Part shown: in pieces, positions 50,833 to 59,696 of the stretch
How the letters are laid out: each line of letters begins with the position of its first letter
Numbering within the stretch: position 1 is the first letter of the stretch
Assembly: GCA_018823025.1 (NCBI GenBank)
Contig: JAHJJI010000115.1
Coordinates: 1,833 to 65,832 of the forward strand
Origin: Gammaproteobacteria bacterium
GTDB lineage: Bacteria; Pseudomonadota; Gammaproteobacteria; Burkholderiales; Sulfuricellaceae
Reading direction: 5' to 3'
DNA: 64,000 nt
The notes under the pieces: model-generated
What the model was told of the DNA's origin: nothing
The model's database searches: none
What the model saw: only the letters and a program-made list of their open reading frames with translations
Translations under genes and position numbers: made by a program

Positions 50833-53589
50833 TCAAGAAGCAGCATACCCACTTGGTAAGGCGGATAATTTATTCTGGCTTTCAATCAGGTCTGGATGCT
50901 GGGATTCGAACTTGCGTTCAAAAATGTCCACGGCCTTGCTATAGCACTCCTTTGCGCCTGAAAAATCATTTTTGTCGCGCAGCACGTCTCCAAGTATTAC
51001 TAGGGCATTGGCAATCCATGGATGGTCAGGTGTATGACCCAGCCTCAAATCCTCCAAAGCCCTCCGGGAGTGTTGTTCAGCATCGGAGAGATTCCCCTGT
51101 TGCCGCAGGACGCTGGCCAACCACATGCGACCCCGGGCGGTGCGCCTATTCTGGGGGCCATATTTCAATTCTCGAATTTTTAGGCACTTGCTAATCAGCT
51201 CGGCTGCATCATCAAAATTACCAATATCCAGAAGTAGCAAACCCAGATTTAAGTAGCTGAAGGCGGTACTGGGATGATCTTCACCATACTCATGTACGCG
51301 AATCTCAACCGAACGGAGCAGCATAGGCTCAGCCTCGTCAAAGTTACCTTCACGACGAAGCAGGCTGCCCAGATTCGAGTAACGTAGTGCCAGCTTTGGA
51401 TGATCAGGCGGGTAGTAGCGAAGTGAAGTTTCCAACAGCCGGCGATAGAACTGTTCAGCCTCGTCGTAAAGCCCCATTTTCACTAGAGCAGAACCAAGGT
51501 TGTTCAAAGCCACCTGAACATCCGGATGATCCGGTGGCAAGCTATTCTCTCGATGAGCCAGAATTCGTCGATAAATAACAGCCTCTCCAGCATAGTCTCC
51601 ATATCGTCCTGCTATCAACAAAGCAAGAGTTCCCAGAGTGCGAAACACATCCGAATGTTCGCTTCCCAATAGCCGCTCCCGAATAGACAAGGCTTGGCGA
51701 ATCAACGTTTCGGCCTCAGCGAACTCTCCCCGAGCAGACAATGCAGAACCCAGCAGACTCATATATCTGGCAGAGTTCTTATGGAATTCACCATTAGCTT
51801 CTAAACAGATCGCCAGCGCCCTTCGTCGCATTTTAATGGCGCCGTCGAAATCCGAATGCTCTAAAACGATAACAGAAGCCAGTCCCGACAAGGTTGACGC
51901 CACATCGGGATGATTTTCGCCTAGCAGACGCTCCCTAATGTCCAGAGCTCGCCGGTAGAGAGATTCCGCCTCAGATAGCCGCCTTTGTTTGGAGTAAACC
52001 CTGGCAAGGTTGTGCAGGCTGGTTGCAGCGAGTGGATGCTCCCGTCCGAGCGTCCTCTCACGTAGTTCCAGCTGACGCTCTAGGATCGGTTGAATTGCCA
52101 CATAAGCTGCGGCCTTGCGGAACGGATCAAACCGTTTATCGAGCCAATCGGATTTGGCAAAAGCCTCCGGGTCCGCCTGTTCCAGATGATAGCTTGCCTC
52201 ATCAAGGGCACGGATGGCTGCCAGCGTCACATCAATGAGTGATAACACCTCGGCCCTAGGTTGCCAGAAGGCCGCGACCACCTCATGCATCCGGTGGAAA
52301 AAGGATGGGTCTTCACGTCTCGTGCGCTCAATCAGATAGTCGTGCATCAAAGCATGCATGGTACAACTCCCATCGGGTTGGCATGTGATGAAGCTCTGAC
52401 TCTTTAACTCGTTAAAACTTATTTGATGCACCTCTCCAGGCATGGCTTGGCGAAGGGCGTCGAACAATACCTCGTCAAAAATACGGGTGTGGGCTAGAGC
52501 ACGCAAAGCTGAGGCAAGAGCCGGGCTACAATGGCTGATGAAGCGTTCGATGATCTGTGGATGGTTCCCCCCGAAGTGGTCAACACTCGGCGTCATATCC
52601 TTGTTACGTATAGCTTCATAAACGTCGGCTTCGAGGTCCAAGTAGAAAGGAACGCCTTTGGCAGCAGTAACGATGCGGCTGATGATATCGGGTTCGGCGA
52701 TGGGAATGCCTCTTAAAAACTGATAAGCATCTTCGTCCGACAATTCTCCCATCAAATGTTGATCAAGGAACTCGGCCCAGGATGGATCGATCTCCTCCCA
52801 ACGCAGCCGATCACGACCAAGGACCACTAGAAGCACGCCAGGCATTTCAGCAGCCATGTCCCGTACCCACTTGTCCGCCAGCAAACCACCCCTGCCCTGC
52901 CAGAGCTGTTCATAGGTGTCGAGAAATACCACTAACCGGCGTGGTGAGTCGCTATGTTCCTGATAGTGAAGAATGTCAGAGCCGAGGTACTTGGGGAGCG
53001 ACTCATAAAGCTCTTGAGCCGTCATTTCCTCAATTTCGTTGATCAGGCTGCGCCCTCTCGCCTGGTACCACTGTCTACCCCAGTCTGAAGCTTGCTTTAA
53101 TAAGGCCAAAACTGGAAGGCCAGAGGCAATATTTACTGCCAGATCAGCCAACTCTGCCCAATCAGGGAGATTGCCCCCGAATAGTTCTGGATAGTGATCC
53201 TTTGCTGAAGCGCCAGGGCGCGTTTTCGCGAAATAGCTGAGGAAAGCCCGATTGAAAGCAGGAAACGCTAAACCAGCACGTTCTCCCAAAGCTAGACGGA
53301 TGTACAGCAGTGCTTGTTCTTGCGAGCGCGCCTCGGGGGCGGCAAAGTCCACGTGCGCCCAAGCAATCTTTTTTTCATGTTTTCCAACATCTGCGACGTC
53401 ATTGAGAAACTCCCGGCACAGACGGGTTTTACCGTGCCCTCCAGCACCGTAAATAACAAGTACACGATACTGCGTGGGCGATTGAGGCGTGTAAAGGTTT
53501 TGATGGAATAGGTCGACAATTTCGACCCGGTCTGTGAATTTTTTCTGGGCGATAAAGCTCTTGGGCAAATGAGATGGACGTGGGCACAT
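50833..53589 (-). CDS. STAND NTPase: NB-ARC-like P-loop domain + C-terminal TPR array, no N-terminal effector domain
   Basis: Walker A GAGGHGKT near aa 50, Walker B LVVFLDTYE, then about 10 TPR units of the LA.SLHNLA..Y...G....AE.LY.RAL.IRE type. Confidence 0.75.
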   Translation of the reverse strand: MCPRPSHLPKSFIAQKKFTDRVEIVDLFHQNLYTPQSPTQYRVLVIYGAGGHGKTRLCREFLNDVADVGKHEKKIAWAHVDFAAPEARSQEQALLYIRLALGERAGLAFPAFNRAFLSYFAKTRPGASAKDHYPELFGGNLPDWAELADLAVNIASGLPVLALLKQASDWGRQWYQARGRSLINEIEEMTAQELYESLPKYLGSDILHYQEHSDSPRRLVVFLDTYEQLWQGRGGLLADKWVRDMAAEMPGVLLVVLGRDRLRWEEIDPSWAEFLDQHLMGELSDEDAYQFLRGIPIAEPDIISRIVTAAKGVPFYLDLEADVYEAIRNKDMTPSVDHFGGNHPQIIERFISHCSPALASALRALAHTRIFDEVLFDALRQAMPGEVHQISFNELKSQSFITCQPDGSCTMHALMHDYLIERTRREDPSFFHRMHEVVAAFWQPRAEVLSLIDVTLAAIRALDEASYHLEQADPEAFAKSDWLDKRFDPFRKAAAYVAIQPILERQLELRERTLGREHPLAATSLHNLARVYSKQRRLSEAESLYRRALDIRERLLGENHPDVASTLSGLASVIVLEHSDFDGAIKMRRRALAICLEANGEFHKNSARYMSLLGSALSARGEFAEAETLIRQALSIRERLLGSEHSDVFRTLGTLALLIAGRYGDYAGEAVIYRRILAHRENSLPPDHPDVQVALNNLGSALVKMGLYDEAEQFYRRLLETSLRYYPPDHPKLALRYSNLGSLLRREGNFDEAEPMLLRSVEIRVHEYGEDHPSTAFSYLNLGLLLLDIGNFDDAAELISKCLKIRELKYGPQNRRTARGRMWLASVLRQQGNLSDAEQHSRRALEDLRLGHTPDHPWIANALVILGDVLRDKNDFSGAKECYSKAVDIFERKFESQHPDLIESQNKLSALPSGYAAS

Positions 53590-53761
53590 TGCAAAAGGCT
53601 TCCTTTTATTTCATTGATCAATAATCTTGGCCAAATCTTTGAGCTTTGAAATTAATCACCAGGATCGACTTGCACGTCTCTGTTGCAGGCAGCGAGATTG
53701 TTTACTTGTGTGATCAACTTTCTACTAACAGGTCTTATGCAAACATCACGTAACTGATTCT

Positions 53762-54007
53762 TCCAAACACAAAAGGGTAAGACCACCGTACCTATACCAT
53801 CTAACGACCTACACCCGGGTTGGTGGATCAAACTGATTTCCCAGTATGTCCACGATCCCACAAATCCGAAAACAGGTCAACGCTCAACATATCTATCAGT
53901 TTTATCCACTTGGCACCCTATCCTGTTGCCCAGTACCCATGTTGGATGGATAGTACAGATAATGGAAAAGTTTTTACATGTTGAATCACCGGGGTAGTAC
54001 ACGTAAC
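53762..54007 (+). repeat. Island junction repeat, copy C
   Basis: Closest to copy A (e.g. aaaacaggtcaacgctcaacatatctatcagttttatccacttggcaccctatcctgttgcccagt). Confidence 0.8.
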
Positions 54008-54152
54008 AGTCCATATCCCAGATTTTCATCCATATTTCCGAACCTTCGAATATGCGGCTACTAGCCTAGGTCAGAGCCCAATACTGTTAGTCTAACTTTT
54101 ACCTTTTTACCCTCGTAGCCGTACGATTTTCGCAGGATTCCCAAGCCTGGGA

Positions 54153-54332
54153 CTATTGTGATGTATTTTCAGTGCTGGCTCTGACAGCTTGATTCATTTT
54201 CTGCTGGGCCTTCAGCATCGTCATTCTGGCTTGTGCCACCTTGGCCTGTTGCTGTTGGCGTTTTGCATTATTTTTGAGCAATTCGACATTTCGTTTTTCG
54301 ACTTCTAAATCTACAAGTTCACATAACTTCAT
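54153..54332 (-). CDS. Small coiled-coil protein (59 aa), below the ORF-track cut-off
   Basis: ATG at 54332 preceded by AAAGGAGAAA. The product MKLCELVDLEVEKRNVELLKNNAKRQQQQAKVAQARM... is Gln/Lys-rich. Confidence 0.5.
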   Translation of the reverse strand: MKLCELVDLEVEKRNVELLKNNAKRQQQQAKVAQARMTMLKAQQKMNQAVRASTENTSQ

Positions 54333-54477
54333 TTTGATTTCTCCTTTGGTCTGTGCCTGTATTTATGAGGCGGATCAAAATGGGAGTTTGCTGACATTGT
54401 TATTCTCCTCAGTTTCAATATCGAATGGGTCTCAACGATTAAGTGAAACCCAATTCGACATTGTAATTAGACGTCTA

Positions 54478-54777
54478 TTAAACCTTCAGATAAGGCAATC
54501 CACTTTTAGATACCCCACGTTCGTACCCTTGCTGTTCCATATATTCAAAATACACATCTGGGGGCCTCCACTTCGGAGCTTCCTTACAAACCTTTTCGAT
54601 ACACTCCTTTGTGAACGTATCATTGGGGTTGGAAAACTCAACTTCGTGTACTGCACCGCCGACAATTAAGGCTGCAAAATAATTAAACTCGTCTAGCGTT
54701 TCAATGTCGTTGAATGTTGCTCGCCGATTACCTACACAGGTATATTCTTTCTTCTTAAAATTAAAAATGTATTTCAT
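54478..54777 (-). CDS. Small protein (99 aa), paralogue of 54896-55138
   Basis: Shares F.F...T..G.RR...D......NF.A..I..G...P.D..TKEC..K with its neighbour, plus the same RBS context (agaggtgac). Confidence 0.55.
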   Translation of the reverse strand: MKYIFNFKKKEYTCVGNRRATFNDIETLDEFNYFAALIVGGAVHEVEFSNPNDTFTKECIEKVCKEAPKWRPPDVYFEYMEQQGYERGVSKSGLPYLKV

Positions 54778-54825
54778 TTTGTCACCTCTTTCTTAGTTAT
54801 CTGTTGATCACCAGTTTTTCACTGC

Positions 54826-54872
54826 AAAAAAAACGGGTTGCCGTGAACTTATTATGCTCAAACGGCAACCCG
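54826..54872 (-). terminator. Rho-independent terminator
   Basis: 11-bp stem cgggttgccgt/acggcaacccg, followed on the minus strand by T8. Confidence 0.7.
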
Positions 54873-54895
54873 GTATAACTACATCAACTTTTCAC

Positions 54896-55138
54896 TCATT
54901 TATCGATAGAAATCCTTTCTTCAATTTTTGCCACACACTCTTTTGTCAGTTTATCGTTTGGATAAGCATAATGAACATTGGGATCATACTTTCCAGCCTT
55001 TCCTAACTGGATCATACCGGCAGCGAAGTTGATCATCGTATCGACATCAGGATCATGCTCTACGAGTCGTCTGTCACCGGTACTTGTTACAGTTAAGTTT
55101 CTGAAATTGAATACAGTTTTAAGATAATACTTATTCAT
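54896..55138 (-). CDS. Small protein (80 aa), paralogue of 54478-54777
   Basis: See the paralogue entry. The start overlaps the stop of the upstream 54-aa ORF (ATGA). Confidence 0.55.
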   Translation of the reverse strand: MNKYYLKTVFNFRNLTVTSTGDRRLVEHDPDVDTMINFAAGMIQLGKAGKYDPNVHYAYPNDKLTKECVAKIEERISIDK

Positions 55139-55299
55139 TTGGTCACCTCTTTTATTGATTTACAAGGAACCCATTTAACCTCTACCCACGAACACTTATC
55201 ACAGTACTGAGGACACGCCCAAACTTGATAAATGCCTGGGTGAATCAACTTTTGGAATTCACATCGACGATCATCTAAGGCGGTTTCTATCTGGTTCAT
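55135..55299 (-). CDS. Cys-rich 54-aa protein, below the ORF-track cut-off
   Basis: MNQIETALDDRRCEFQKLIHPGIYQVWACPQYCDKCSWVEVKWVPCKSIKEVTK. ATGA overlaps at both ends couple it to the flanking genes. Confidence 0.5.
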   Translation of the reverse strand: MNQIETALDDRRCEFQKLIHPGIYQVWACPQYCDKCSWVEVKWVPCKSIKEVTK

Positions 55300-55637
55300 G
55301 ACGTTGCCTCCTTATCTTTAAACCCTACGGAGTAACAATCACCATATTCATCAACTGCCAGCACACCTCGCATGTCGTAACCACACTCATTAACAAACTC
55401 TGTCAGCAACAATATGAGATTGTAGAAGTGCGATTTGTACTCATTTTGAATCCGGGCAGCTTCTTCCCGAGGTGATTCATAAAAATGAATACCAACTTTT
55501 TCTGCCTTATTAAAACTTTCAATTAAAAACCTGACACCCACTAAATTTATTAGCGTTAGATGAGCTGACTGAATACCGTCAAGACTCTTCGTGTATTTGT
55601 TCATAAGCTGCTGCTCTTTCTTACCTGATATAAACAT
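55296..55637 (-). CDS. Hypothetical protein (113 aa)
   Basis: I prefer the start at ATG 55637 (MFISGKK), preceded by AGGAAA. First gene of a minus-strand operon of small genes. Confidence 0.5.
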   Translation of the reverse strand: MFISGKKEQQLMNKYTKSLDGIQSAHLTLINLVGVRFLIESFNKAEKVGIHFYESPREEAARIQNEYKSHFYNLILLLTEFVNECGYDMRGVLAVDEYGDCYSVGFKDKEATS

Positions 55638-55902
55638 TTTGTTTCCTTTCGTTAATTTAGAACGTAAGAATCCCTCCAACAGAATTGATGGATGGGTTTT
55701 GTTGCATCCAAGTCTTTTGTTACAACTTGATCCGATGATTTTAAAGAGCGGGGGTGATGCCACCAGATGAATTTGGTGTTTGTTACATCCACCCTTTTAA
55801 AGAGTGAAAGAATCAGTGTTTCGTTGATCCATGGACGCTATTTTCTGCCGATGCGTGGTATAAACATATTCCGCAACGATTACGAACTAATGGTTTGTTA
55901 AT

Positions 55903-56601
55903 ATGGCTAAGATTATTAGGTACCCATCAGAGTCACTGAACTTTCCAACCCTTCCTAAAGAGGTCACGAAGAGTGCTTATTACTGGTGGTGGGAATATAT
56001 GAGGCGTGTACCTGGGTACGGAGAGAGTCATCCATTGTTTAAAGACTTTGGAGACCTGACTAATAACTTCATGGGTTGGTGGCACACAGGATATGGCAGG
56101 GGGGCTAAGATGCTCTTTGCAGAACCGCCTACCATACGGATGCAAATCGTTCAGGCTGAAAAGATTCCGCCTTTTGATCCTGACCATTCATTTCTGCTTC
56201 TTGTCCCACTTTCTGAAAATGGCAGAACGATAACCAAAGCCAAATGGAAGAAAATGTTTAATAGGCTCATTGATACGCTACCGAAACAACACGGTAGAAG
56301 GCTGCCAACGAAAGCCAAATATAATCTTCACACGATGCCAGATGTTAATGCTTTGGCTATCACGTTAGATGTTTACGATATGAAGCAACAGCATCCAGAG
56401 ATGACCTTGTGGCAGATCGGTAACGAACTCCATAAACAAGGTAAAGTTATGTTCAGACGTAAAGAGGTATTAAAGGATACTGACGTAACCGCCGAGTCGA
56501 GAAACAAGAAGCAGATCATGGCAAGCACAGTCAGCCGTTACCTTCTTCATGCAAATAGATATATTGAAAACGTGGGTAAGGGAAGTTTTCCCAAGAAATA
56601 A
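55903..56601 (+). CDS. Putative transcriptional regulator with Trp-rich N-terminal motif
   Basis: AYYWWWEYMRRVPGY resembles the W..EFLRRN motif of DUF6499/DUF2285-type ICE regulators, as I recall them. The C-terminal segment (MASTVSRYLLHANRYIENV) looks like an HTH. Divergent from the small-gene operon. Confidence 0.45.
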   Translation: MAKIIRYPSESLNFPTLPKEVTKSAYYWWWEYMRRVPGYGESHPLFKDFGDLTNNFMGWWHTGYGRGAKMLFAEPPTIRMQIVQAEKIPPFDPDHSFLLLVPLSENGRTITKAKWKKMFNRLIDTLPKQHGRRLPTKAKYNLHTMPDVNALAITLDVYDMKQQHPEMTLWQIGNELHKQGKVMFRRKEVLKDTDVTAESRNKKQIMASTVSRYLLHANRYIENVGKGSFPKK

Positions 56602-56749
56602 TGATTGGTGATGTGGATTTACTGTGATTTTAGGTTTTTTTGGATAACCTTATGATTTTGGTGGGATTTGTTAATTTTGTGTATATATAATATAGGCAGA
56701 ATGAATGTTTTTTACTATTATCAAGGGGTTAATGTAAAAAACCTGATTT

Positions 56750-59470
56750 TTAGTAAGATTCCGTTTCCTTGATGTTGTTTATGTACTTTTCAAGGGCGGA
56801 TTTTACGCTCTCAGGGGGAATTTTCTCACTGAGAACCCAATTACCCAATTCCCAATAGATCTTACCGATATCATGATCTGGTTCCGGGCAGTTCGGGAAA
56901 TCATCGAATTTAACGCCTGACATAGTCGTGAACGACATCAACATCCTGGCGATGAACGCTACACGCTCAGAATCGTTTTTAATCGATTTTACGACGTAGG
57001 TTATATCCGGTTTGATCTTTCGATTGTCGGCAGCATAGGCGTTGAAGTTGTTTAATAGCGTTTCAATCGCTACAACCATATCGCTGGCATCTCCGGCAGT
57101 CCGCTTAGTCTTTCTACCCATAGTCTGGGTTCGGTCTATGACTACACTATTCTTTTCATCGGTTAGGTAACGACATTCCTTGGCAATGTGTCGGTGCTTA
57201 CTCTTATCCACAAGTACCACACACTCAAATCCTTTATATCTAAACCCGCTATTTCGACCAATTGCCTGATGCATCTTGTCCAGCAATCGTGCTTTGGTCA
57301 CCTCATCCCGATCCCTGCTATACGACTTTCCTAGAGCATCACATACAGTTCGAATTTCAGCAGGATGTGGAATACTCAATTCCACCAATATATTGGTTTT
57401 GTTTAGAGCGTTCTGTCCCTTGCTGTTCATATGGTTGTAAGTTGCGCCAAGACCGTCGGCAATCAGTTCAGTTGCGAAACCAGATTTTGTTAGCCGTCTG
57501 GCGACTAGCGGGATGATTCCATCGAATTTCTTTTGCACTAACCTTGTTCCGAGAATTGTTACCTCTCCCCCAGCGATGTTATTCATCTTGTCATGGACAA
57601 GAAATTTATCCTTTCGAACACCTGCCATTTTTTGAATTGCTTCCTTGGTAACGATCTCAGTTGTCGTGTAAATCCGACGATGCCTGGCAAACACATACCC
57701 CAAGGACTGTTTTTCATTTCGCCGGAAATAAAGCCTTCCATTGATATCTATGGTTTTACTTTCAACCTCCTGCTCAGGCAACCAACCCCAATCGACCGTG
57801 GTGTAAGGATCAATATCAATCACGTCAGAAATGTCAGGATCGTCAAACCAAACAATCCAGTTCTTTGGCACGAACTGTTTCTTCGGATTCATAATGCGAA
57901 GTTGAGCAAAGGTTGTCACCACAATGACGCCACCCTCCTCTGACACATCAATGCTTCCTCTATGATCTTCGTCCTCCTCTTCCTCTTCAGATGGTGGCGA
58001 AATACGCTCAAACGATAGCCTATCAGGAGTAAAAAACCTCCAAGCTAATTTAATGAACTCTGGATTTAAATCTGGTCTGTTTTTGATGAAAGCTTGGACG
58101 CTCTCTTCATCCAAGATTTTTCCTGTATCGAAGGGGGATCTAGCCTGCCCTCGCTCTACTGGAACCCCAAATCGCCGCCTCGCCTTGGCATCCTTACTGC
58201 GATACAGAACAACCTTAAATCCGGTTTCCAAAGCCAGCTGACTATACTCATCATATTTCTTGAATGCCTGATCCCACGATTTACAAGCAAACAATATTTT
58301 GTTTTTCTTCTTTGCCAGGTTCACAGCAAGGCGGCTTTTACCTGCCCCTTCTGGTAAATATATGAGATGGGAGAGGACGATGTTGTACCCTTGTGATGTG
58401 AATCTCTTTTTTACAATTTCCTTCTCAATTGCATCTAATTGCTTAATTACACCAGCCCTACTCCTGGCATCTTGGAATACTTTATTTGGCGCACCAATCA
58501 TATCGTCGAGTGTGTAAATCTTGTCATCAACAAACCGATCCTGCTTCTTGGCTTGGACTGCTTTGGCTATCGAACTTTCTTCTTCCCGGACATAGAAGCT
58601 TTTTCCACAATGCCGACAGTGCAGAAAGATGTTTCCGGCGGGTGATTTCTTGATGAATTCCGACCCATTCTTATCAGCATGGAATGGACAACTCACCCCT
58701 TCAACCTTGCCAGTAACATCACCTGCTCTAATCACCCCTTTTCGGGTTTGTATTAAATCGTCGGGGCGAATGAACTGATCATCTTCCCCTTTAGTGGTTT
58801 GCTTACCTGAAACCACCCTTGCCGATTTATCAAATACCGGGTTATTTCTAGGAAACTGCGACCAATCCAGCGGCTTGCCCTTGTTGTGCCATGCCACGGC
58901 CCGATCAATTCGATCCTGAGGTGCTGCCGGAACATAATAAAGTTGGTTTGGGTTTAGCGACGCGGGGTCGCAATCCCCTGCAAATGTATGAATACCATCA
59001 ATAATGGAATACCAAACACCTCCACCTATTTGATTACCTAGCTCATCTTCCTGACAATCGGCGGGGATAGGCTCTGATAACAGAAACACGAGGCGGAATT
59101 TGTGAACGTCTTTGTTTTCAAGGTGGCGGAATGAGGTGTAGCCCACATATTCATATGCTGAAAATCGATCTTTGGCTGCTTCGATTGTCATCGTGCCGTC
59201 GTAGTCCAACACCAACAGATCCACTGCCAGAATGTTTGATTTTAGACGCTTGGCAAAGGGTATTCCGGTATCGTAATCAATGCCCACCGCTGCGGCTTCG
59301 ATATCCTCAACGCTTTTGTAGTGGGCGGCATTAAAGAGCCGTCCCATGCTCTTATCTTCATATATCTGAAAATCTTGCAGAAAATCCACGAGCACATCCC
59401 AATCGACGACGCTTTCACGGACGAGATTGTCGCTAGTACTCCGAAATCGGTTGATATGAATGTCGTACAT
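56750..59470 (-). CDS. Primase-polymerase (AEP-like) + zinc finger + P-loop helicase replication protein
   Basis: N-terminal LLVLDYDG and GYTSFRH motifs (AEP-like), CPFHADKNGS...HCRHCGKSF zinc finger, Walker A PEGAGKSR and Walker B-like IVWFDDPD. Confidence 0.7.
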   Translation of the reverse strand: MYDIHINRFRSTSDNLVRESVVDWDVLVDFLQDFQIYEDKSMGRLFNAAHYKSVEDIEAAAVGIDYDTGIPFAKRLKSNILAVDLLVLDYDGTMTIEAAKDRFSAYEYVGYTSFRHLENKDVHKFRLVFLLSEPIPADCQEDELGNQIGGGVWYSIIDGIHTFAGDCDPASLNPNQLYYVPAAPQDRIDRAVAWHNKGKPLDWSQFPRNNPVFDKSARVVSGKQTTKGEDDQFIRPDDLIQTRKGVIRAGDVTGKVEGVSCPFHADKNGSEFIKKSPAGNIFLHCRHCGKSFYVREEESSIAKAVQAKKQDRFVDDKIYTLDDMIGAPNKVFQDARSRAGVIKQLDAIEKEIVKKRFTSQGYNIVLSHLIYLPEGAGKSRLAVNLAKKKNKILFACKSWDQAFKKYDEYSQLALETGFKVVLYRSKDAKARRRFGVPVERGQARSPFDTGKILDEESVQAFIKNRPDLNPEFIKLAWRFFTPDRLSFERISPPSEEEEEDEDHRGSIDVSEEGGVIVVTTFAQLRIMNPKKQFVPKNWIVWFDDPDISDVIDIDPYTTVDWGWLPEQEVESKTIDINGRLYFRRNEKQSLGYVFARHRRIYTTTEIVTKEAIQKMAGVRKDKFLVHDKMNNIAGGEVTILGTRLVQKKFDGIIPLVARRLTKSGFATELIADGLGATYNHMNSKGQNALNKTNILVELSIPHPAEIRTVCDALGKSYSRDRDEVTKARLLDKMHQAIGRNSGFRYKGFECVVLVDKSKHRHIAKECRYLTDEKNSVVIDRTQTMGRKTKRTAGDASDMVVAIETLLNNFNAYAADNRKIKPDITYVVKSIKNDSERVAFIARMLMSFTTMSGVKFDDFPNCPEPDHDIGKIYWELGNWVLSEKIPPESVKSALEKYINNIKETESY

Positions 59471-59696
59471 GGTTTCCCCCTGGTGATCCTAGGAGGAACT
59501 AGATAGCAAACGGTATAAATTAAACGCCATCAATTCTTTTACTTCCCGTGAGTTCCCGGCACTGGAAGGAGGGAGTATCTGTGTTGTGACGGCTTGTCAC
59601 CTTCAGGAACTTGATGGCGCTGAAAAGCACACTCACAAGCACAGATTCACCATCGGTATTTATGGAAATCATTTTGGGGGTTGTCTGGGGCAAAAA

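Noticed and set aside
50694-51194. 166-aa plus-strand ORF
   Set aside because: It mostly overlaps the 3' end of the STAND gene in antisense, and it has no motif or RBS.
41494-54007. Interpretation of the junction repeats as integron attC sites
   Set aside because: They are much longer than attC sites, I could not find the RYYYAAC/GTTRRRY core pair, and no IntI-type integrase is present. The attP-like or ncRNA options are kept as open hypotheses instead.
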